From contig NW_021836170.1 in NCBI RefSeq assembly GCF_006345805.1, positions 1 through 64,000 of the forward strand: a stretch of DNA of 64,000 nt, written 5' to 3'. A model generated the notes under the pieces. It worked only from the letters and a program-made list of their open reading frames with translations, was not told where the DNA came from and did not search any database. The position numbers and the translations under genes were made by a program. Position 1 is the first letter of the stretch; each line of letters starts with the position of its first letter. This document shows, one piece after another, positions 37,360-49,239 of this stretch. The stretch comes from Octopus sinensis (lineage: Eukaryota).

Positions 37360-38999
37360 CAGTGACTCCTCTGAAATCGGCCATTTTTGGTTCCACGTGT
37401 TTTTGTGGTCAATTCGAGAAATGGCCAATTTGAGAAATAAAATCAATCTTTTGTGTAAATTAAATTTTGAATAAGAACAACTTTTATCCAGAAAATTTTA
37501 AGTAATTAAGCATTATTAATGTTCTTAAAGTAGAATTGGATGCCCATCTGCTTTTTTTGAGTTTTAATGACATTTTCCTTATAGCGCCTTATGGATGTAA
37601 TCAATTGAACTTCATGTTCGTTCTCAATGTTTTTTAGGAGGTCGTTTTTAATTTTAGTTAACTTAACCACAATGTCTTATTTGTCAATTGAATCATTGGA
37701 TTCTACTTCATTGGATTCTACTTCAGCTTCTACTTCTTCTTCATTTTTTATATTTTCAATATCCTCAACGTCTTGAAATGTATCATTTTCAGAATATTCA
37801 AAATTAAGAAATTCTTCGACTTCTAAGGGATCAAAAATGTCAGTTTTTTCTACTGCAATATCTTGAACTTCAACTACATGATTCTTTTTGAATGGGTTGC
37901 TTAAAATTCCAAAACAATTTGCAATCGTTTTTTCAGACACATCTTCCCAAGCCATTTTTACGAAAATTACAGTATCCTTTAGAGTTAACTTTTTGTAGGA
38001 ACTGTATACTGAAATATTTTGCTGTTCCAACAAATCAGTCAAATACATTAACTTGTGTCGAGTAAAATGTGTTTTAAATGTTTTTATTATACCCAAATCC
38101 ACAGGTTGAATAAGACCAGTACTATTTGGAGGAAAAAACAACATTTTTATGTTATCCAAATTTGATGGAACACAATGTGAAGGACAATTGTCCATGAGAA
38201 GTAAAATTTGCTTTTTTTCATTTTTGAGATGGTAATCAAAGTTAGTAAAAATTGTTCCTGTCATCCAAGCCAGTTAGTAAAAATTGTTCCTGTCATCCAA
38301 GCTCGTTTTGAGCTATAATAATCAATGAAACATTTATAGTCATAAGATTTAAAGCATCTTGGCATTTTAGGTTTCGAGATCATCACAGGTTTCAATTTAT
38401 GATTTCCACTCATATTTGAACATAGCATAATAGAAACAAGATCTTTGAAATTTTTATATCCTTGAAATCTGTTTCTACAAATACTCTTCGAAGGAATCAG
38501 CTTGTAATACAATCCCGTTTCGTCCAAGTTATAAATTTGATCGGCATTATAACTCTTTGATATTTCTATGAATTTTTCGATAAATAAGTCGACATCTACT
38601 GGATCATTAGTTCTCATTTCTCCATGTAACTTGGTCATTCGAAAACCATGCCTCTTTTTGAATTTATGAAGGTATCCATTTGAGTTTTTAAAATTATCCA
38701 GTTTTAATTCAGACGCGAATCTATCAGCCAAATACTGACATGAAACATCTTCATTTTGATTTTTATAAGTTAAAATCTGTATTTTTTGATAAAAAGTGAG
38801 ACGAGTATAATTACCACGAGAATTGTTCGAAGACATAAAATAACTGAAATTTTATTAATTTGCAAATTATATAAAATATATTTTAAAATTTATGGTCAAT
38901 TTGAGAATTGGCCACTTTCAATGGAAATTCGAATTTTTCTTAAGATAATTTTATAAGTGTGGTCAATTTCAGAGGTGGCCAATTTCAGAGGAGTCACTG
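37360..38999 (-). mobile_element. Full-length pogo/Tigger transposon, transposase disrupted
   Basis: TA-flanked TIR CAGTGACTCCTCTGAAAT. Motifs SNGYLHKFKKRH, IYNLDETGL, AWMT, LLMDNCPSH and FFPPNSTGLIQPVDLGII. Confidence 0.93.
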
Positions 39000-39039
39000 T
39001 ATATCGAATGTATAGAATTAAACAAAGCAGGAAATTGAA

Positions 39040-40110
39040 AGGACATTCAATAATGTCGATCCAAAATGTTGAAATCAGAGTTGATACGTCAATTATGTTT
39101 TAAACGAAATTCCAATTCAATAAACCTGACATTTTGTGTATGACAAGAGGGAAAAAGAAATAAATTAATCGAAGTAGCAATTACCTTACAAGAGCGTTTT
39201 AAGCAAGTTGAAGTGGAGAAATTTCACAAATAAGACCTGCTTGTAAAAGAACTGTCGGTCTTTCGAGAAGCAAAAATAAAGATTATTCCAATTGTCTTGA
39301 CATGGGATGGAGTTGTGTCAAAGTTCTTTAAAAGTCACATTGATAAGTTATCCATTGAAAAAGAAACTAGAAATACATCTAGTCGGTTTTGCTGAATAGG
39401 ACGCTGGAGAGTATGTTAATTGAACACTCACACGGAGTGAAGATAGACAACAAAGAGTACGTCTCTTCCACCAATCAACTTGCGGAGTTGGCATGCCGCA
39501 AGGACACTCAGGTGAACATAAACCTTGACACAGAAATGGGAAAAGAAAAGAAGATTGACAAACTTTTTTTAAGCGAAGAAGGGAAATCATCTGACGATCT
39601 GGATTCTTAGATATTTCAAAATAGAATTGACATTTATTGAATAAAGAATTTTTTAAGTTTATTGGATCATCTCTCAAAAATCCTGAAGCAAGTTGAGGTG
39701 GAAAAGCTCTATTAATACGATTTGCCTGCCAGTGAACTAAGAGTAATCCATTACGCCAATGTATATTACCATTAGTATTGACATGGGAAGGTATTGTGAG
39801 TAAATTCTATAAACATCTCTACGACTCAATCGGTCTCGAAGAACCCACTCGAGCTTACATTAAGCCGGTGGTTATTGGGAAAACATTGGAGAGTATGCGT
39901 ACAGAACACACGTTTGGAATAATCCCATATGAAGAATCTTAAAAGATCGGGTTAAGAAGTACAACAACGAGAAAAGCTTTGCCGACTAAGGCCATTCAAT
40001 CGGACCTGAGAATGACCACAGACGAGGCCGGCCTTGTGAGATGCGTGAGTATGCCCATCAAAGAGATATGCTCTGGCTTGAAGAGATGGAGAATCGACTG
40101 AAAGCATATG
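39040..40110 (+). mobile_element. Two tandem 3' ends of the R4/Dong-like element
   Basis: VEIRVDT, QVEVEKFHK.DLL, IIPIVLTWDGVV and RTLESMLIE. A second QVEVE..DLPASELRVIH copy starts at about 39690 and carries the 3' UTR. Confidence 0.78.
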
Positions 40111-40170
40111 CATTAGTTAGAAATTAATCATTAATTGTTTTATTTTTAAAATTTTTTTTTATAAAAGACA

Positions 40171-41134
40171 ATGTTATCTGTATCCTATAACGATACTTTT
40201 TATGCTGTTTATAGTTTTTATTTTCAACAAGGAAACTCATTAAATGATTTTCGAAGTGATCTAAAGAGTCAGCCAAATACATACTATGACAAAAGTTCAA
40301 CAAACAGAATCATTTCTGGTGGCGCACATCCAGAATTTACAGGTTTTTTGTTGTTTTCCAAGATTGTTAATCGGATTTGATAAAAACTATGTATACTTTA
40401 TAGATCAAACGCGTAATCATATGCGGTGTAAATGACGTCATTATTGCGCAGGTCGGTAAATACGTAGATTTTACCATAAAATAAATATCTTACGATTTGT
40501 AATAATTTCTAAAAATGGTAAATATCATTATTTCACTGACATTAGGATTGTGACCAAAACAACGATACTTTATTATTGATAACAAAATTGTTTGACAGCA
40601 AAATTGTTAAAAAAATAAAATGCTCTTTCAAAAATAGAATTAAGAATGGACTGATTTCTGACATTGAAATTCCAATCGAAGATAAAAAAATTATATTGTC
40701 ACATAGATTTTCAGCTCTGCTTCTCCTCGAATCTTTCTACTTATTTCCTATCATTTGTTTCCCGAAAATTTTTTTAAATTTCCACATATTCCCGCCAGAT
40801 TTTATACTCAGCCTCAAAGCTATTTACGAGTTTTTAAATATAATGTCACTTATTTCCTCTGACTATCATCAAATTTACAGAATAATAATGAGCGAATATG
40901 GTTAAAATACTACATTTATATTTAGATGCGAACACGTACTTTGAAAATGTCAATTCTTTAGTATTTGATGAATTTTTAGAACACATCCATATCCGGAGAT
41001 ACAGCAGTCTCTGTTTCTACAATCAGGTGATCTCCGTAATTGGAATTCTCATCAATATGGATATCCATATTCTTAATGACGTCTTTCATGTTACTCAAGA
41101 AGATTATGATAATATTTTTTCAATGAAAATTTAA
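40171..41134 (+). CDS. Possible multi-exon hypothetical protein
   Basis: Three adjacent co-oriented open frames with candidate short introns. No family recognised. Confidence 0.25.
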
Positions 41135-41592
41135 TATTTTACTATAAAATTTACTATAAAATATACTTTTTGAGATTTTTAATGAAAAAGTTTTTTATAT
41201 TTATTTTTCAAAAATTAAAGTTTATTTGAACTAAACCAGCGGTTCTCAACTTTTTTTAGACTGGGGACCACTTTTGCACTATAAAATTTTGTGGGGACTA
41301 CCTTAAATAAAATAAACATTTTTTGGTATTAGCGCACAATTTTTGGCCTCGTCAGGGCCAGGTTTAGACATGTTCGAATATTTATTATAAAAATAACATG
41401 AACATTATGAAAATAACAGAAAATTTTATAGTAATTTAGTGAGATTTCTGATCTTGTTTGCTCAGAATAATTTTACTTATATCAGGCTCTATGTTCGACA
41501 AAGCTACTCGCATATCATCTTGTCCCGTAGTCTATTTCTATATTTTGTTTTTAGAAAAGTCAGACACGACATCGCCATTTCACAGTGATAAG

Positions 41593-44520
41593 TAGGGCAA
41601 CCAAAAGTCATATACAGTCCGACCCCTAAATAGGGCACCAAGTGCCCCAAAATGCGGGGGTGCCCCAAAAACAGGGGTTTGTTATTTTTTTAAAAATTAA
41701 ACCATTAATAAACATCAAAAAACATTTTTACTAAAATATTCAGTTATTTTCTTTTTATTTGTAGAGTTTTGTCTGATATTGTTCGTCAATTCAGCCGAAA
41801 ATCAAAAAAATCTCGGAGCATACTTGGTGCAACATTAGAAATTTTTTCTTCTAAATTGTTAAGCAGATCTTTTGTTTTTGCTACGACATTTTCACTATTT
41901 TCGGTTTCTGAATATGTATCATAAACATTTTGTTCATGTCTTCGCATTCTCCATCATTGTTTCGTTAACAACTTGATCTAAATGTTCATCTGTTAGACAG
42001 TTTTTTGTTGCATAAGAATCACGGTTCCTGTCGATTTTCTTCCAACAATTACAATACTTTTAGCATCTATTTTCTCCCATCCTTTTGAAATTAGCATCAT
42101 AACCTGACGCAAATTTAATTTACCAATAGAATGTGTAAAATCGTTTTCGAATCTTGAAAACATAAAAATTCCATTAAGAAAGAGGAATAATAATCTTTAA
42201 AAATCTTGATTATTCCCATATCCAAAGGTTGTAAATAGGGCGTTGTATTTTTCGGCAAAAAAAAAAATTCGATGTTCGAACATTCGGCAGTTTTATGGCA
42301 TCCCGCATTGTCAAGTATTAATAATTTTTTCTGTTGTTTTTGCAAAACGATTCATTTATAAGTGTAAGCCAACTCATAAAAGTCTTTCCAGTCATCCATG
42401 CATTTTGAGAAGATGATACAATAACCCAAAATCTTGAACATCAAAATTTTTTAGACACCGAGGTTTTTTTATATTTTCCAATAATCAATGGATTAAGTTT
42501 TTCCCCGATTAAACTGCAGCATAGAAGAACAGTGAGTCTTTCTTTCCCTTGTTTATAACCAAAACACGGTTCGCCTTGTTCAACAAATGATTTTGAGGAG
42601 TTCTTTTTATAAAAAGCGCAGTTTCATCACAATTAAATATATTCTCAGGTCCATATTTTAATACTTTCTGGTCATATTTTTCAAAATAATTTTTCACATA
42701 AGATAAATCACATGAAGCTTTTCCACCACATATTGACTTGAATTGAAGTTCATGCCGCAATTTAAATCTATCAAGCCACCCATTGGAAGCTTTAAAAGAA
42801 GTAAATCCAATTTTTGAAGCTGTAACTAAGGCAATTTTTTTCAAAATAGGGTTTGAAATCGGAATTTTATCTACGCGTAGTCTTTGAAATATTTCAAAGA
42901 CTTGCTCATCAAATTTATCTTTATCGGCTTTAAATGTGTCATATTCCTCAGAAATAGTATTGCCGTGTTGCAAGAAAGGTACAATATTTCGTTTTATTCT
43001 TGATATTGTTCCTTTACTTGTGTTGTACTTTTTCATTAGTTGCCTCTCAGATAAATTTTTCTTCAAAATTTCTTTAGCAATCTTCAATTTAGTTTCGTAA
43101 TCCATAACCACAACAATAAAAATATAAATTGAAAATAAAACAAAAAATAATTATTTATTATAATTTTATTTATTTTTAATTCCTTATAAATGATTTTATG
43201 GTGCCCCAAAAATTCCATAATTTTTTATCGATTTTTATTTTTTTTCTGCCAAAATGTACTTTTGGAATAAAGTGCCCCAAATTGCGGGGGTGCCCCAAAA
43301 TCCGAGGGTGCCCCACCCCTGGGGTCTGCCCCATTTTGGGGTCGGACTGTAATGCTTATCACAAAATAAGGTCATTTTGTGTTTGTTTATATTAATTAAA
43401 TATTTTAATTATATTTTTTAACTATTTAAACACTTATTAATAGGTCATATAAGTCATATTCAATAATAAAGTCATATTATAAAAATAAAGTCATATTCAA
43501 ATTTTTGTATATTTTAATGAATTAGATTAATATTTATTTTTTTTAATATAAATATTTGAATAATAATATTTGAATTATTTTTTATAATGTGAGATATAAT
43601 CGGTTTTTTGTTGAGTGAGATAAAGGTTTTTATATGAAAAAAGGTATATTAATAGATGCCTAAATCAAAAAAATCTAATGAATTCAAACTCTCTAAAACA
43701 TTAAATAAATATCCGCACGAATTTACGAGAAGTACTAATGGGGGACTTAATTGCAAGTTCTGTTGTGTTCCGGTAAACTTTTCAAAAAGTTTTAACGTGG
43801 AACAACACAGACAGACGGAAATGCATAAAAAAAGAAGCAAAACACACGACTTGCGTCAATCGAAATTGATTGCAATTCCAAATTATTTTTGTTTTAAATT
43901 GGTTTAACAAAAAAGGTTTCTGGTCCTGAATTTAACAAAAAAGGGAAAATCTTAGATAAAGTAAAAACTGCTTTAGATTCAATTAATTTGGAAAGAAACC
44001 TTGCATTGATAAAATCATGTTATAGTGACATATTAGATGGATTACATCAATGCCAAGAAACTTTTTTACCATTGAGGATGCCGTTAAATTTATTAATGTG
44101 ATAAATTTTGGGGATGATCCATGTGGAATATCTAAATATTTCCGTAAAAGAATAGATAAAAATCGATTAAAAGAAATTTATACTGCTAAGATCGATAATT
44201 GTTCACCAGAAGTTTGTTCGATATTATGGAAATGTCCAGCAACAACTATTTCCATTGAAAGAAGTTTTTCTATGCTTCAAAAGATGTTGGAGAAGGATAG
44301 AAACTTTAAAAATGATAACATTAAATATTACTTTTCGTTATATTACAATAAATTTGAGTGATTAGTTCTAAATATAAGCCTTATTAAAACTTTATTAGTA
44401 CATAAAAATACAAATTTATTAGGTCATATTAAGGGCATATATTTTTTCGTTTAAGGTCATATAAGTCATATTTTATCGGTCATATTTGAAATTTTTTAGG
44501 TCATATTTGCGGTTGCCCTA
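41593..44520 (+). mobile_element. hAT of the CGGBP1-related group, internally deleted (middle element)
   Basis: TIR TAGGGCAACC, 8-bp TSD GTGATAAG and GTCATAT subterminal repeats. ORFs EF....GLNCKFCCVPV..NVEQHRQTEMH and CPATTISIERSFS. Confidence 0.85.
41615..43349 (-). mobile_element. pogo/Tigger transposon (inner element), frameshifted
   Basis: TA-flanked TIR CAGTCCGACCCC and GTGCCCCAAAA subterminal repeats. Motifs ASNGWLDRFKLRH, IFNCDETAL, LILDNAGCH and FLPKNTTPYLQPLDMGII. Confidence 0.93.
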
Positions 44521-45298
44521 GTGATAAGTAGTGGGGCTGTGAATCAAACTTCGTTCTTTTGACTTTAAAATATTCATGTGAGGAAGAATTTTCTGGGTGT
44601 ACAGACTCTTTGTGGCGCCTAAGTTGAGAAGGTTTCAGTGAATTGTTTCCCAAAATTAAAACCACTAAAAATTTTCTGGGGACCACGATTGAGAACCGCT
44701 TGATTAATTTCAATGTTTTTGATTTATACTTAATTGTACAATTAGTTTTAACTTTAATATATTTTTATTTTTCGAAAATTCCTGGGGACCACGGTTGAGA
44801 ACCGCTAAACTAAACCAAAATATATACAGTAAAACCTCTGGTGCTCGCCATTTTCGGGACCGAAGAAAAAATGGCTTGAAGTTGTCTCTATTTGATGACC
44901 AGAGCTCTTTTCAATTGTAACACTAGCGTATTCTTCTCCAAGCTGTTTTTTGGATTTACGACCATATTATCATGTCTGAATTCGATATTCAGTAAGGTGA
45001 CCCAGTGGGCCCATTGCTGCTTGCCCTCTCTGTTGACCATATTGCACGGAACTTTACATCCAGTATTAACTTTTGATACTTGGATGACGTGACGATTGGT
45101 GGACTCCCAGAGTCGTTATGAAGGACGTAAACAAGATCACTTCTGGCTTCTCCAAGATCGATCTATCTTTAAACGACGGCAAATGGAACTCGTCAATATT
45201 TCGCTTGCCCCTGCCGCTCTCTCCCACACATCTTCCTCTCTCTGCCTGATTGATGGGTTAAGGCTTATCACCGATCTATACCATTTCCTATACTAAAT

Positions 45299-45515
45299 GG
45301 GATTAACGTCAAACAAAGTGGGATTAACGTCAAACAAAGTGGGATTAAGGTCAAACTATGTGGGATTAAGGTCAAACAAAGTGGGATTAACGTCAAACAA
45401 AGTGGGATTAAGGTCAAACTATGTGGGATTAAGGTCAAACAAAGTGGGATTAACGTCAAACAAAGTGGGATTAAGGTCAAACTATGTGGGATTAACGTCA
45501 AACTAAGTGGATTAC
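45299..45515 (+). repeat. Tandem array of ten 21-bp units (GGGATTAA[C/G]GTCAAAC[AAA/TAT]GT)
   Basis: Counted directly. No spacers. Confidence 0.97.
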
Positions 45516-45796
45516 GTTTATTATAAATATTATATTTCGACGCAGCAAATAAAAATGCCACGTAAATCATTGGAAGAGAAAAATCAAATGCATAGAAATA
45601 AAATACATTTAATTTCAGCTGCAGAATCAGGTGGAGATTGGAAAAAAACAGCACTTGAACTCAATATCCCGAGAACAACGAGAACAATATAATTGGATGC
45701 ATCTCAAATCTAGGACTCATTTACTGTAAAATCCGAAGGGGAGCTTTTAAAAAAGAGCAGATATGGTTAACATAAAATTTTAAAAAAAGAATTTTT

Positions 45797-46060
45797 GGTG
45801 TTAATCCCATTTAGTTTGACGTTAATCCCACATAGTTTGACCTTAATCCCACTTTGTTTGACGTTAATCCCACATAGTTTGACCTTAATCCCACTTTGTT
45901 TGACGTTAATCCCACATAGTTTGACCTTAATCCCACTTTGTTTGATGTTAATCCCACATAGTTTGACCTTAATCCCACTTTGTTTGACCTTAATCCCACT
46001 TTGTTTGACGTTAATCCCACATAGTTTGACCTTAATTTCACTTTGTTTGACGTTAATCCC
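45797..46060 (-). repeat. Inverted tandem array of twelve 21-bp units plus a partial unit
   Basis: Reverse complement of the left array units. Confidence 0.97.
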
Positions 46061-46799
46061 ATTTAGTATAGGAAATGGTATAGTTATATTGGGCTCGCCA
46101 ATTTCCAACCATGCTTTAGTAAAAGCCCTATCGTCTGAATATGAAGAAAATTAAGCTGCCTATGATCGGATCCGTAGGGTTGGCTCACATTTGGCGTTTT
46201 TCTTGCTGTAGAATTTTTTGTTCAAGACTGACTTAGTTCTTCCGTATGTTTTGTTTCCGCTAGTTTCCTGTTTAGAATCGACAATCTTGTCTACGAAATT
46301 TTAACATACCATCTTGATTTGAGTTTCACTGATGACGGTTTGACCCGTGCCAGCCTATTTACACGTTTCGGAGGATTAGGGTTCGCTCTTGTACCGACCC
46401 AATCTTGTGATCTTTTTTCCACCTGGCTTCTAGAAATTTTGTTTTCTTAGTTCTATTTCCCTCTCTCGAACTCCACGAGCTACGGAATTCTTTTAAGTTT
46501 TTAGATATTTCTGAACTTGATAAATTTTGACCACCTTAATCTATAGTAGTTGCCCAACAATGTATTTAGGTACTTAACCACTGCATTGTGCGTCTATGTG
46601 TAGATGTGAGGAACATATAATTTATATTTTACTGCCGGATAGTCTTTTTATAGTTCATAGATACTATAAACCCCTCAACAAAGAAGAAAATTATTTATTT
46701 AAAAAGAGGCTGTTAGTAGATGGTAGATAAAGTTCGGTTTCTTTTTTAATCAATAAACGACATTCCATTCCAATTATATTAATGAATTAAAGAGGTGAT

Positions 46800-47560
46800 G
46801 CTTTACTGGGCGAGAGGCTGACGCGATCTAGAAAGAGTTCGAGTGTACTATCGCGAGGGATATCCGCTCAAAAAACCATCTCGATTCGCGGGCGTCGCAT
46901 GTGACTGTCGACATCCGAGACCCGATCTCCTGAACGAAGCTGATTGCCGTTCCGCCCAAAGAACCAGACGTCTCAACTGCGAATGGGAAGGAATTGGTAC
47001 TTCTTCACAAGTGAAGAGTACTTTCGCATCTTTTTACATTCGACATTAGTGGCGATTGATCCAGGGGCGGATGCGGACATCAGCAGATTCTCGGGCGAGA
47101 ATGAGTCCATACACGTGGCGTCCAAGGTAAGTGGCTTCCCTCTGTTGAAGGGAAACACAGTTATCCCGTCCCGTCTCTTCCCGTCCCCTAGATCGACCCC
47201 AGTGGGTTCGAGTATGTAAGGGATTCAGGCAACTTCTAAGGCTCTCCTGATGAGATCATTTAGAGCAGCGTGCCGCGGGATACGGCCAGCGCTACGTCTA
47301 CACGGTAGCGCGTGCAGACCAAAGCGACAAATTTTTGCACCACAGCGACAGACATGTGGCTCACATAGGCGAAGACCAAGGCGTAAACAAACCCCTGTCC
47401 TAACGACTCATTGTCCAAAAGGTTACCAATACTTGACAGTGGAGTGGCTTTAACCAGGAACTGCTGTGGGAACGACAGCCCGTCTCAAAGAAGGTCAAAC
47501 GATGTTGATCGAGGGATGCGCGGAATGACTTAATACGCGGTTGAAGGCGAAGATTTCTTG
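46800..47560 (-). mobile_element. CRE-clade 3' fragment with restriction-like endonuclease
   Basis: RH...NDLIRRALEV, EPTG..RGDGKRRDGITVFPFNRGKPLTLDATCMDSF..E.KKMRKY. Confidence 0.9.
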
Positions 47561-48572
47561 TTACATGTACCGAATACACGAACAGAAGCACAAAAATAAA
47601 GAATTTAAAAAACTGCTCAGAAACTTTGTCTGCTTTCCAATCATCAGGAGCAATCAAAAAGCCAAAAAGTTATGATAGAGCAGAAATATAAATCATCATC
47701 AAAGTAATCCAAGATACTTTTATTTGCAAAAACCCGAAAGTCTAAGAATTAAGATGCATCCATCTAGATTTTAAACTAACAATACTCGAATGCAATGCCC
47801 TCAAACAAATTAGAATTATGTATGTGGATCTTAGCGAAAAGATACTAGTATCAACTCAGATTAATCTCCTCACTGATGAAGTATTAATGAAATCAGAGAA
47901 TGGAGACGCAAAATTAGTGGAGAATCCAGTAGTTAGCATTATTTAAAAACTTTAGCATTTAACCACTAGCGGTTTGGTTTTCGACCAAAAAATGATCCTA
48001 TAAAAGCATCAAAATGAAAAAAATAATTAATGGCTATCAGGATTGATCTTAGTTTTATTTCTAATTTTATTTCTAAAATCATTCGTGAACTTATGATTCA
48101 ATTAGTGCTTTAAAAACATAATTACAGAGGAAATTAAACTTTCCAACATTCTTTTGTTTCACGTTCTTCCCCTGTGTTACTTCGGGGGCAGTATAAACTC
48201 TGCAACTGGCATTCTTTAGGAACCAAATTGATTACGTAAAATGTTTTAAAAGGAGGATTGCTCAAAGGATGGATGAAAGTGATTCTTCTTATGAGTTAGA
48301 ACACTAACTACTATATTCCGACTGTTACTAAATGCTAATAAAAATTAGAAAAACATTAGGGGACGCCATTAGAGGAAGGCAAAGTTTTTTTAGAATGTAA
48401 AGAGAAATATTATGGAATGTGTAAAAACTTTAATAGGCTATTTAACGTGGAATGGATTTAAAAATTAGTATGATTGATAATGCGTTTCTAATAGTAATAA
48501 TAAAAACAAATTAAAAACATATTTATTAATTCTTTGTTCTATATGTATTAATACAATAAACTATCGTGGCTT

Positions 48573-49197
48573 ATGATTCAGTTCAATGTGGATGATTCCC
48601 CTTTTTGCCTTGAATTTATTCCTAACAACTCAAGTTCTGGATCTATTCAATTTTTATACGGATCATCTATAATTTCCTGCTCTGTCTATGGTCCTCATGA
48701 AACAAATGCTCCTTCCGAACAGCCCGGAAAGGCAAACATCATTTTTCACTATAATTCTAAAAAACTGTAAAAATATTCAACGTTAGAAAAATACCTGAAA
48801 TCCTTATTTATTCAAGTTATACAATCTGATCTATTTCCATGCTGCAGTATTGAGATTTTTATTCAGAAATAAATGGTGGAAATTTCCAATTGGCGTGTGC
48901 CATAAATGCAATATCTAGTGCTCTGGTCTTGGCATGTATTCCGATGAAATATATAATTGTTGCTCTCTGTTTTTCAGTCTATGGACAAGAAGTAACTTTG
49001 TCTGCCCCAAACGATGATAAAATTGTCGTTGTTGTTTTTGAAAGTGTTAAACAGTCTATTTTGTGTTTGATTCCCCCTTTCAGATAGCTCATTCTCAGTT
49101 GGTTCAATGTTCTGTTTTGGGTGCTATACATGTGGTGGAAATTGTTAATTCGTGGAGAAAGTTACTTCTTGATAAATCATCTTGTTCATTTTTTTAA
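48573..49197 (+). pseudogene. EXOSC5: Exosome subunit RRP46 (RNase PH family), intronless with three apparent lesions (pseudogene or assembly errors)
   Basis: SGSIQFLYGSSIISCSVYGP.E, DLFPCCSIEIFIQ and LACAINAISSALVLACIPM. In-frame TAA at about 48768 and frameshifts near 48868 and 49078. Confidence 0.72.
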
Positions 49198-49239
49198 TTT
49201 CAATTACTTTAAATTTACAATTATTTTTTTACGTTTTTC

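Larger units (their letters stand above)
41237..44807 (-). mobile_element. hAT Buster/Charlie deletion derivative (outer element of the nest)
   Basis: TIR CAGCGGTTCTCAAC, 8-bp TSD AACTAAAC with central TA. Remnants NNSLKPSQLRRH (BED finger) and PTTYHCE..LKTKYRNRL (dimerisation domain). Confidence 0.9.
45279..46080 (+). mobile_element. Tc1/mariner-like fold-back element with TIRs built from 21-bp tandem arrays
   Basis: TA-flanked TIR TACCATTTCCTATACTAAATGGGATTAACG. Central truncated HTH-like frame MPRK...GGDWKKTALELNIPRTT. Confidence 0.82.
44880..46155 (+). mobile_element. CRE-clade RT fragment interrupted by the fold-back element
   Basis: Q(*)GDPVGPLLLAL and YLDDVTIGG, resuming after 46082 with VILGSPISNHAL. 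Confidence 0.82.

Noticed and set aside
45299-46060. CRISPR array
   Set aside because: The units abut with no unique spacers, there are no cas genes, the context is eukaryotic, and the arrays are the arms of a TA-flanked TIR element.
45268-46154. Repetitive-peptide ORFs (VGLTSNK)n and (LTLIPLC)n as real proteins
   Set aside because: They are a by-product of a stop-free 21-bp unit, open on both strands and in several frames.
48760-48775. Stop-codon reassignment (TAA read as sense)
   Set aside because: TAA, TAG and TGA all terminate conserved genes at expected positions elsewhere in the window. This case is better explained by homopolymer shifts.
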